NCBI GenBank assembly: GCA_964016885.1
Contig: OZ024746.1
Location: 98,890,001 to 98,954,000, forward strand
Length of the DNA: 64,000 bases
Source of the DNA: Eledone cirrhosa
Lineage: Eukaryota
Reading direction: 5' to 3'
Shown here: in pieces, positions 24,079 to 36,504 of the stretch
Layout: the number at the start of each line of letters is the position of its first letter
Numbering within the stretch: the stretch's first letter is position 1
Program-made: the position numbers and the translations under genes
The notes under the pieces: model-generated
Database searches by the model: none
Seen by the model: only the letters and a program-made list of their open reading frames with translations
What the model was told of the DNA's origin: nothing

Positions 24079-27000
24079 GTAAGAAATTTTTTTTTTTTTG
24101 CATATTTCTTTTACTGATTAACCCTTTACCATTTACATTACTCTACATTTACTACTGATTATATTACTCTATATTTACTATTATATTTTTATGGTAAACA
24201 CTTTACTCCACATAATTGTTTCACATAATATCGAATCTATGAGATTTTGATATTATTTATTTTGAGAAGAATACCTTAACATCAGTATGAGTGACCAGTT
24301 TTGGTTGGTTTGATCAGAAAGAGGTGAGAGAATCCTGGCTGGATACAGCCGGTTTAAATGCTAATGGGTTAAAAGGTTCTTACATTATAGAACTGGTGTT
24401 TTGAACATACCTTAAAACGTTCTTACATAAAAGTTTGATGGAAGGTTCTTATTTAAATACCAACACTTTAACCCTTTAGCATTTACATTACTCTATATTT
24501 ACTATTGTATTTTTGTAGTAAAGGCTTTACTTCACATAAATATCTTGCATAATATCAAATCTATGAAATTTTGATATTATTTATTTTAAGAACAATACCT
24601 TAGCATGTAAGAGGTGAGAGAATTCTGGCTGGATATGGCCGGTTGAAATGCTAAAAGGTTAAAAATAGTATATATATATATATATATATATATTATTCAT
24701 TGTTGTTTTGCAGAAACTCGAGTCCGGGAACCATTGTAGGCACCCGTTTTATGTGTGTTGTGTTGAAGCAAATAACTATGTGTATACTCTGGGAATGTAT
24801 CTTACATTGCTCCTGGAGTACTTTGAGATACAACCGGTATTCATTACAAATTTCTGTTGTTTTGATATTGAAGACTTTTTCTAGTTATATTTTATCAGTA
24901 TTATCGTTTTTACATCTATTTTTCCATGTGTTAGACATGATGTTTTGAGACATTGTTTTACAGCTGGATGCTTTTCCTAACACAAACCCTTTTAGTGGTC
25001 TCTTATGACATGCAGGAATATGATGTACCTACTCTAAAAATTGAGAAATACACAGCAATATTTATGAATATTTCAATATTGTTGCAGGGGAAATTATTTT
25101 TAGAGATAAATGATTTTTCAATTGCAGACCCTTCAGCCTTAAATAATCAAACCTGTGTGTAATTGAAACTTATTAACCTTTTAACATTGACATTACTCTA
25201 TATTTTCTATTGTATTTTCACTGTAAAGGCTTTATCTTACATAATTATCTCACATAATATTGAATTTGTGAGATTTTGATATTATTTATATTGAGAACAA
25301 TACCTTAACATCATGATGAGTGGCTAGTTATGGCCAGTTTGAACAGCAAAAGGTGAGAGAATTCTGGCCAGATACAGCCAGTTTAAATAGTAAAGGGTTA
25401 AGGCAAGCAGAATTACATGTTTTTCATTTTAGGAGGCAGATGATACACAGGTATATTCAGAATCTGACTTGAAATATAGCATGAATGATAATAGGGTCAT
25501 TCCATGTCAAATCACCCAGAGGGTCCCAGGTCACCCCCCCCCCCCCCCTTCAAATCCCCCTGAAAAAATTCATACTAGCTCCTGTACCTATATGATGGAA
25601 AAATATCAAGTATTAGGTCAATATCTTTGATAGTTTTGAAATTGTAGGCCTTTAATTAATTAATTTTACATTTTTTTTCGAACGAGTCTCTCGGACCAAC
25701 TTGAGATAGCCATTTCTTCTCTAATAATAGTAACTAACATGGTTACTGCTCAGAAATGGTCTACTATATAACAGGAAAATAATTGTGGTTGCTTTATCTA
25801 GTGTACCTATTGAGATAGAAATACCTAAAAGAGGCATACATTTGCTGTACGTTTAATTCTTGGCAATTTTCAGAGGACTGTAGATAGAAAAATATACAAG
25901 GTACACTTAATTTGATAAGATATTTGAACTCTACAGAAAAAGTTAGCCCCAAAACACATGATTTCAAAGTTGTGCTTGCCTTATTAGAGAAGAAATGGCT
26001 GTCTCAAGTTGGTCCGAGAGGCTCGTTCGAAACAAAATGTAAAATTAATTAATATTATAAAGGCCTACAATTTCAAAACTATCAAAGATATTGCTTAATA
26101 TTTTTCCATCATTTTACCTATTACTTAATATTTTTCCATCATATAGGTACAGGAGCCAGAATGAATTTTTTCAGGGGGATTTGACGAGGTGACCTGGGTA
26201 ATTTGATATACCCAATACCATCATTTAGCATTTACATTACTCTCTATATATACTATTGTATATTTGCTGTAAAGGCTTTATCTCTCATAATATCGAATCT
26301 ATGAGATGATAATATTATTTATTTTGAGAACAATACTTTAATGTTGGATGAGCAACCAATTACAGCCAGTTTTAAAAGAAGATGGTGAGAGAATTCTGGC
26401 TGGATACAGTCAGTTTAAATGTTAATGGATGAACTCAAACTCAAGATATTTTGGTTACTTACCAGTCATGTAGTAAAAAAAAATGTCTTCCTTATCCTAA
26501 ATTATTAACCCTAATTCTAACTGTCAGTTCAGACTGAGAGGATAGGAAATACACAGGGAGGGCCAGATTCCATGCTCTATCAGCAATTATTGATATAAAC
26601 ACATTGATAACTAACTCCTGCAGTGGCTACATTGGTATACATAACACTTTTCTGCCAGATTTCTTTTGAAACACTGCATCTTTCAACTAATTTGGAAAAT
26701 AATAAAGAATTTAGAGAGATTTAGTAAAATAATCAACTTTCTCATTATAGAACTGTTGTCTTGACCATATCTTATAAGGTTCTTACATTATAGAACTGGT
26801 GTTTTGACCATATCTTATAAGGTTCTTACATTATAGAACTGTTGTTTTGACCATATCTTATAAGGTTCTTACATTATAGAACTGGTGTTTTGACCATATC
26901 TTATAAGGTTCTTACATTATAGAACTAGTGTTTTGACCATATCTTATAAGGTTCTTACATTATAGAACTGTTGTTTTGACCATATCTTATAAGGTTCTTA

Positions 27001-30000
27001 CGTTATAGAACTGTTGTTTTTACCATATCTTATAAGGTTCTTACATTATAGAACTGTTGTCTTGACCATATCTTATAAGGTTCTTACATTATAGAACTAG
27101 TGTTTTGACCATATCTTATAAGGTTCTTACATTATAGAACTGTTGTTTTGACCATATCTTATAAGGTTCTTACGTTATAGAACTGTTGTTTTGACCATAT
27201 CTTATAAGGTTCTTACGTTATAGAACTGTTGTTTTGACCATATCTTATAAGGTTCTTACGTTATAGAACTGTTGTTTTGACCATATCTTATAAGGTTCTT
27301 ACATTATAGAACTGGTGTTTTGACCATATCTTATAAGGTTCTTACATTATAGAACTGTTGTTTTGACCATATCTTATAAGGTTCTTACATTATAGAACTA
27401 GTGTTTTGACCATATCTTATAAGGTTCTTACATTATAGAACTGGTGTTTTGACCATATCTTAAAAGGTTCTTACAAAAAAGTTTGATGGAACCTTCTAAT
27501 TTAAATACCAACACTTAAACCCTTAAGTATTTACATTAATCTATATATATTATTGTATTTTTGCAGTAAAGGCTTTACCTCACATAATATCAAATCTATG
27601 AGATTTTGACATTATTTATCTTGAGAACAATACCCTAACGTCAATATGAATGGCTGGTTAAGGCCGGTTTGAATAGAGAAGGATGAGAGAATTCTGGACA
27701 GATTCTGCCGGTTTAAATGCTAAAGGGTTAAAATAGTCAATTTTGTTTCAAAGAACCAGGTGTATTATAGAAGTTAGTTGGGTTGCTATCAAAACAGAGC
27801 AGGTATTAACCTAGTGACATGAGTAGCATTTGCTATAGGACCTTCCTTTGCAGAGGCTCAACAGTGCTTTACACCAGCGGTCGCCAACCTTTCCGACCTC
27901 ACAGACCACTAAATTCATAATTTTAAATCCCGCAGACCGCTAATATGAATTTTTTAAAAAGATAAATACATTTGTAAAATAATTGTTTCTACTTTTGGCA
28001 CAAGGCCAGAAATTATCCCAGTACATTACTGGTACTTTATTTTATCGCCCCCGTAAGGATGAAAGGCAAAGTTAACCTCGGCGGGATTCAAACTCAGAAT
28101 GGCAAGGGCCGTAACTCTATGCATGGCGTCAGATCCCCTACCAATACTGCCAATCCACCGCCCCTGTAAACCACATTTGTAAAATAATGATCAGAGAACT
28201 TCTATTTTATTAAACAATACTGAAGTGTACCTGTGTCATATTGTCGATAGATGATATATATGTGTAAAATACTGACCAGAGAACTTCTATTTTATTAAAC
28301 AATACTCAAGTTTACCTGTGTCATGTTGTTGATAGATGATATATATGTGTAAAATACTGACCAGAGAACTTCTATTTTATTAAACAATACTCAAGTTTAC
28401 CTGTGTCATGTTGTCGATAGATGATACATATGTGTAAAATTCTTTCATGGATGTTTGTTCTTACTGAGGAGAAACATTTTTTAGGGGGGTTGGAAAATAT
28501 ATTTTAACCAAATATTATTTTAATTTTATTGTTAATAAAACATAAAAATTGCAAATAATGTGCACATTTTTCTGTGGACCACCAAATCTTTCTCTTGGAC
28601 CACCAGTGGTCCGCAGACCACTGGTTGGTGATGTCTGCTTTATTCTATAGTTGCTATACTTTTTAACTTTTATGTCACATTTTTTGTGAGTTTCTCCTTT
28701 ATAACATATGACAGGGGGCCCTCACTAACCTACTCTGGATTGAGAACAGGTTGGAAGTTTGTTTAGGAAACAGGTAACAGAGTAAAATAATCTAATATAC
28801 AGGTAAAAAAAAAGGTAAAGGAAGCAGGTTTAGAAGCAGTGGAAGAGAAAGAAGACAAAGAAAGAAGTTATATAACTGGTTTAATTCAGCTGAAAGAGAA
28901 GTAGAAATTAAGAGAATTGGCAGTATTCCATATTGAGTAGATGTGAGATGTGAAGAATTTTTAATAATTACAGACTGAATGAATGATAATGACATTTGAG
29001 AAAAGTTTCTGAAATCTTATAAGTACATTTGACTTAATTGAAAAGAATGTCATGGGATTATGAAACAAAATGTGTAAGCTGGATGGCAGGAGTATATTTA
29101 AATAGAGAGGTGCCTATTGTGAAATAGAAAATAATGTGTGAAATAGCCAAAGACACAAGAACAAGAAAAGTGCAACATCTTTGAAAGCATGGGTTATGCC
29201 CTGGTCCCTATTTTAATAGATTGTACTTTGATTTGTTATATGACTTAGGTGTCAGGTGATGGATTCACATGTATTATGTTTCTTATGATATATAACAGAT
29301 AAAAAGTCGCCTGGAGAATACTGCTCTAACACCGGTTAGAGTTATTTTTACGAAGAATGAACTGTGACGTGAACTTATTTCTAAAAACCCATTCCGGGTC
29401 ATGTAAGGAACGCTTTTTAGTTTTTTATGCCCTTGAGAAGCCCATTCGGGCGAAACATATGTAGGTGCTATTTTAAATAAACATGTTTTAACGGTTTGTT
29501 CTCCTGTATTTACTTCTCCACGTGCTTCCGCTCTGCTTATTCCCATGCCCACTAGATATTAACACTTCTAATATTTAACACTGCCGGCACTAGTATTGAG
29601 TACCCTCTACATACACTATTGGCAAATAACTACATGTAACTCCTATCCCTCCTTCTCTCTCTCTATACTTAAATATTATATATATATATATAAATACCAG
29701 TCCAGACTGAAGCTTTTATATATATCATCATCATCATCACTGTTTTACGTCCCTTCTTCCATGCTAGCATGGGTTAGATGGGTTGTCCTGTTGTGGGCAG
29801 TGTCTGGTCAGCTGACCATGTTTTGCTCAAACGGGAACTGATTCTGGCTTGATTTTTACAGCTGGATGCCTTTCCTAACACCAACCTCATTTACAGTGAG
29901 TGTTGGGTGCTTTTTTACCGTGGCGCCTACACGTCCACTTAACAGTGGAATGATAGGGACCCCAGTCCTATCATCTCATTTCTACAGCTGAGTAAACTAT

Positions 30001-33000
30001 ATATATATATATATATATTTTTGTCTTCACATTTATTATAATTACTATATATATATATATATCGACAACTTACTACACCCTCCACCCGCGATCTTGAGAC
30101 TAAACACTCACGGTTAAAACGTACCCTTACTAATATCCTACAAAACACACACATACTCACCACAACCTCTCCAAATCACAACCCTAAGCAACCTCAGATC
30201 TAAGAATCTTGTATACCTACCATCAGACAAGGGAAAAAAAAGTTTTGTGTTATTGATAGAGAGGCCTGCAACAACCTAGCCCACCAACATCTTAATGACG
30301 ACAATCTCTACTCGGAAGTCACTGGAATTACACCCACGCTGATAGAGAACCGGATAAACACCGCCTGGACCAACATCTGCGACTGACGAAGGCTCCTGAA
30401 GAGATTCCGGTGCAATTACATAACGAGAAACAGCAGGCTGCCCAACTTCTACACCACCTGATCAAAACCTACAAAGAAGGACCCGACCTGAAAATTAGAC
30501 ACATTATCTCCAGTTTTGAAGGACCATCTTATAAAATCTCTTGGCTTCTGTCAAAGATTTTAAAGCCCCTGTTGACAACTTTCCTGGGCCACATCTACAG
30601 CTCAGATGATGTCATCCAGCAACTCAGCCAACTAGAACTTGACACCCTCAAATCCGACAGGTATGCCTTCAGCCTAGATGTAGTATCCCTCTACACATTG
30701 GTACCTGCACTCTCGGCAGTGGACATACTCACTGAATGTGTCAGTTTCAGCGACCTGGATTGTTTTGGCCTCTCCACCACCAACATCCACCAGCACTTAT
30801 CCATTATTGTAAACAACGCCTTTTTCAACTTCCTGAGACAAACCTACCGACAGACCTCTGGACAACCGATGGGATCTAGCTTCTCAGGTTTATTGGCCAT
30901 TTCATATATGAACAGGCTTGAACGCCAAGTACTCAGCTCCTGCGACACCTGCATTTTCTAGATATGTGGATGATATACTCATCCTCATATCCACAAAGGA
31001 GAATGCCAACAAGATTTTCGAATCTTTCAACAATGCTGACAATAACATCAAGTTCAGAATTGAACATCCTACCGACTCTACTTGATTTCAGACTGAACAT
31101 CACTGATAGCGATGAAATCCACACCGATTTTTACTGCAAAGCAGCCAGCAGGAACCTGTTTGTGCATTACAAATCTACCCTCCCCAAACAGCTCTAAAAG
31201 AGGGTACATCTTCAACGAAATGGCCCACGTACGTAACTGATGCAGCGATGCTGCTAATAGAGCCACCCATATCAGATGATTCCACAAGGTACTAGATATT
31301 AATGGCTACCCAGCTTCCTTCTCCAGCCCATGATGAAACCCCAGGCTCAGAGACCGGACCAACACAGACAACAGTTGCTTCTTCAAGATCCCATATCTCA
31401 GCGAGGAAACCACCAACACCATATGTAAAGCCACCAGAAGAGAAGGCTTCAATATCAAACTAGCTCACTCTGGACCTTCCCTACGAAGATGCCTCTCCAC
31501 AAGCACCTTCCCACGAGGATAACAGATGCACCCTAGCCAATTGCCCTATCCGCAACACTAATTGTTTCCTACATACCTACGTAGTATACAGGCTGGTATG
31601 TAACAAATGCAATCTATTCTCCATAGGCAACACTGTTTGACCGTTACATCTCTGTATTAAAGAGCATGTTAACACTAACTCCTCTTCCTTCCACAAACAC
31701 ATTATCAAATGTGGGAACCGGGACTACATTACCATCACAATATTAGCTACCGAATGTAGTGTAGGTACGCTGAGAGTTAAGGAGCCCTCTTAATCAAGCA
31801 ATTAAAACCTAGGATCAATAATTGAATGGAAAGAAGTGCACCAGAATGGTTAATTTTAAGTCCTGTATTCCAACATCCCAGTAGCTAGTTCCATTCTTTC
31901 TTTCAAATTAAATCTATATCCTCACTAGACAAACACACTTAGACTCACACACACACACATATATCACATACACCTTTCACTACATAAACTTACATCATAC
32001 ACACACATACAAACATCCCACTAAGCACACTTACATTCACACACACACATTCATATATCATACATTACACAATGGGTACGTTCGAAATTTTAACGTCTTT
32101 TCATTTCATTTAACTTAAATCTACTCCAAACAAACAAGTCAACCCCGATCAATCTTTTAAGTCTCTCAGCGATACTCCCTTGATATTGGGTTTTTAAACC
32201 CGAAAATATTTGGGATTGTTAAATTTGCTAAGGTAAGATTCTTTTGTTATCTTAGCAATCTTGATTTTTTTTGCTAGTGCATTGTATGGTTTTCAAAATT
32301 ATTTAAATTTGTGTTTCCTATTCAACAATGCTTCAAGCAAACTACAACATTCTGTTTTATATATATATATCCGCTTATGCACCCCAATCTGGTCTACTTG
32401 ACGTTATAAAGGACAAGTTCTATGAGACGCTAATGCACACTACCTCCCAAATAACCGACAGCAACTACCTAATTATTGCTGGCGATCTAAACGGCCACGT
32501 TGGACAACATAATGATGGTTTGGAAATAGAAATGAGGAAGGCTTCAGAATCCTGGAATTCTGTGACGCCAATAACCTAACTATCTGTAATACAAACTTAA
32601 AAAAATGTGAAAACCACTTGATCACCTATAGATCAGGGGAACACGCCAGCCAGATAGATTATATCCTTACTAGAAGATGGGACAAAGTGTCTGTTGTAAA
32701 CATTAAATCCCTTCCCCGTGAAGAATGCACCTCCCAACATAGCCTAGTAGTTAGTGACCTCACAGTCAGGAATAGCCGTACTCGACGACAGAGGAGGCCT
32801 ACCTTGAGAAGAAGAATATGGAAGTTGAAGGACCTCATAGCCAGTGACAAATTTAAAAGCTTATTACTTGATGCCTTTGACGATAAGGAAGAGCAATTAG
32901 AGACGTGCGATATAGAGGAACAGTGGCAATTCTTGAAAGTGAACCTGCTGAAAGCTATGGATGAAATCTGTGGCTGGAGCAGACCTATTGGCAGGAGTAG

Positions 33001-36000
33001 AGTAACTTGGTGGTGGAACAGTAAGGTAGAAGAGACAATTAAGGCCAAAAAGCAGGCTTGGAAAGTATGGCAGAATGGGGGAAGTAGAGAGCACTATCAA
33101 GTGGCCAGGAGAAAAGCTAGGAGACAAGTGTACCTTGCAAAAAGGGAAGCAGAGAAAAGAAAGTTCAAGCATGTTCTACAACGTGAGGATCAAAAACGCA
33201 AGGTATTCAGGATTGCTAGACAATGTGTCAAGGAAAACTGTGATATTGTCGGGGAGAAGTATGTCCGTAATGATAACGGTGTACTTGCCCTCACTGATGC
33301 TGATAAGAAGATAGCCTGGAAGTGTCACTACAAGAGACTATTAAATGAAGAGAATAGGTGGGAAAAAGATAGTCTGCCCCAAATCGATCCAATAGAAGGA
33401 CCAGCGGTGCAAGTTAAAGGTAGTATAATAAGTAAGGCAATCAAAGATATGAAGACAGGCTAGGCAGCTGGGCCTTTGGAGATAGTTGCTGAGATGTTGA
33501 AGGCATCTGGAATGGGGGGACATACTATGGTCACCCGTATAGTTAACCAAGTAATACAGAATGGGGTCATACCAAAAGATTGGCGTAGCATCATCATCAT
33601 TAACTGCTACAAGGGTAAAGGAGATGCTCTAGATAGAGGAAACTATAGAGGCATTAAGTTAGTTGACCAGGTCATGAAGGTCACAGAAAAAGTTATAGCG
33701 CAACTAATCAGAGAGCGAATTGATCTAGATGAAATGCAGTTTGGGTTTGTGTCAGGTAAAAGTACCACAGATGCTCTTTTCCTTGTACGACAACTACAGG
33801 AGAAGTACCTAGCTAAAATTAAACCCCTCTACTTAGCTTTTGTAGACCTGGAAAAAGCCTTTGACAGAGTCCCTCACGCCATTATCTGGTGGGCTCTTAG
33901 AAAACTAGGTGTAGATGAATGGCTTGTGAGAGCTATACAAGCTATGTATAATGAAACAGTCAGTAAGGTTAGAATTAACAATGAATATTGTGAAGAATTT
34001 AGTGTAAAAGTTGGTGTTCACCAAGGCTCTGTCCTTAGCCCCCTCCTATTTATTATTGCCCTTCAGGCTATAACAGAGGAGTTCAAGACCGACTGCTCAT
34101 GGGAACTCCTATACGCAGATGATCTAACGCTCATAAGCTGAATCAATGGCTGAACTAGAAAAGAAATTCCAAACATGGAAGCATGGCCTACAATCAAAAG
34201 GCCTTAAAGTTAACTTGTCTAAGACTAAAGTCCTAGTTTGTAGAAAGGAAAATAAGGCACAGGTACCCTCAGGGAAATGGCCTTGCTCAGTGTGTAGGAA
34301 AGGAGTAGGCAGAAATTCAATTTTATGTCCCAAATGCAAAGTATGGGTACATAAAAGATGTAGTGGGATCACAGGTAAACTATCTAAGAACGTAGACTTT
34401 ATATGTGGCCGATGCTCAGGTGCAATAGGTAGCAAGTGTCCACAGGATACTAGCCCCTTCTATTGCCCAGATGGTTCTATAGAAATAGTAGACACTTTCC
34501 GTTACCTGGGTGACGAAATCAGCAGTGGTGGAGGGTGTTCTGACAGTACAGTAGCCAAAGTCAGAACAGGATGGAAAAAGTTCAGAGAGCTTATACTGCT
34601 GTTGGCCACAAAAGGTTTCTCTCTAAAAATGAAAGGCAGATTGTATGATGCTTGTATACGAACAGCAATGCTACATGGCAGTGAGACATAGGCATTGCGT
34701 GCAGAGGACCTGCGTAGACTGGAAAGGAACTAAGCATGCATGCTCCGTTGGATGTATAATAGTAATATACGTGAACGGCAAAGCATAAGTGAACTAAGTG
34801 AGAAATTAGGAATAAGAGGGATCTGATGCTGTTTACTCGAGAGAAGACTGCGTTGGTATGGTCACGTGATGCGCATGAAAGATGATAGCTGTATAAAAAA
34901 GTGCAGGGCGATCAAAATTGATGGTAGTTACGGAGTAGGTAGACCCAGAAAAACCTGGGACGATCTGATAAATTCCGACCTTACACACTTGCACCTCTCT
35001 AAGACAATGTCACTGGGCCGAGATCTTTGGCGCTACGCAGTAATACAGAAGACCCGCCTTGCCTATGTACAAAGCGAAACCTACAGTCAGTAGGCACCTC
35101 TCAACCAAATATACACCCCAATCCACTACCCCTACCCTATCCTCCCACCAACACCACCCTCTCTCTATAAAGTTGGTACCACAACATCCAGTCCAAATAA
35201 ATGAGATCGAAATCGTGTAGGTGTCGCGAAAAAAACACACAGTCCATGCTGTAATGTGGCCGTGTAGGTAACACGGTAAAAAGTTCCCAGTTCCACACTG
35301 TAAATGTGGTTGGTGTTAGGAAGAGCATCCAACCGTAGAAAACCTGCCAGATAAGTCCTATAGGAGCGAGACACGGTCACCCGACCAAACCTTGCCTCAA
35401 GTGGGACAACTCCCATCTAACCCATGCTAGCGTGGAAAGTGCACGTTAAATGAAGATGATGATGATGATGATATATATATAAGAAATGTAAATCTGAGTT
35501 TTTCGAATATTAATAATAATATTCGCTTCATTTGCGATTATGCAAACATCCTCTGCCTTATCAGTAGAATGACCCCATCATTCTTGCTCCTCTGTTGGTA
35601 TGTAAACAAAACAGCAGGCACTAATGTTTCTGGGTGATTACCCTTCATCAGTACCATATACTTCTTACCTGCCAACTGTCAGAGCTAGTGAAAATATATG
35701 ATATTTTCTGGAATATACAGTGATTGATTGGACTGATTTGCATATTGGCAGATTGGCTGATCAGTCAGATCTGCATATTAGCAGATCCACTGATCAGCCA
35801 GATTCGCATATTAGCAGATAGGCCAGTCAGTTTCATGTATACGAGCGATTAATAGCCGGCTTTGCCATATTCTAATAACTAACAAATAGTTTTATTGCTC
35901 TACATGGCTGAATACAAGAAGCTCTGACATTTGGCAGGTAAGCAGTATATGGTACTGATGAAAGGTAATCACCCAGAAACATTAGTGTCTGCCGTTCTGT

Positions 36001-36468
36001 TTATATGCCGACACAAGAGCAAGAATGATGGGGTCATTCTACTGACATGGCTTAAAGAGGCAGTTTGGAGGATTGCAAACAAATCGAATATTATTATTAA
36101 TATTTGAAAAACTCAGATTTACATTTCTTGAACCTCGATTCATGAACTTAATTCATCCCTGAAGACCATTCATCACCCAAAATGTTCATAAACCGAAACT
36201 ATTTATCCCATATGAAATGTTGAGAGAGAAATACAATGAGAGAGAGAGAGAGACTGTGTGTGAAAGAAAGATAGATATCACCGTAGTAACTAACTACACA
36301 GCAAGTGATGCTTTCCTACCGATACACCAAGCTTGTTGCCAACCATTGTTGCCAGTTTGTGTGGTCATTACTTGAGACACTCTTTATCAACTGAGATGTT
36401 TTATGTTCAGAAAAATTGTTTGTGAACCAATTTGTTTGTGAAGTAAGGCGTTCATGAACTGAGGTTCC

Positions 36469-36504
<36 letters not shown>

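Noticed and set aside
84-27475. CRISPR-like appearance of regular 30-73-bp repeats
   Set aside because: Head-to-tail repeats without unique spacers, eukaryotic context, no cas genes.
30062-31830. In-frame TGA codons as selenocysteine in the Penelope-like ORF
   Set aside because: The copy also has TAA stops and many frameshifts, so ordinary decay explains them; no SECIS identified by eye.
36159-36200. CTGAAGA...CGAAAC motif
   Set aside because: No stem II pairing; part of a Tigger-like MITE body.
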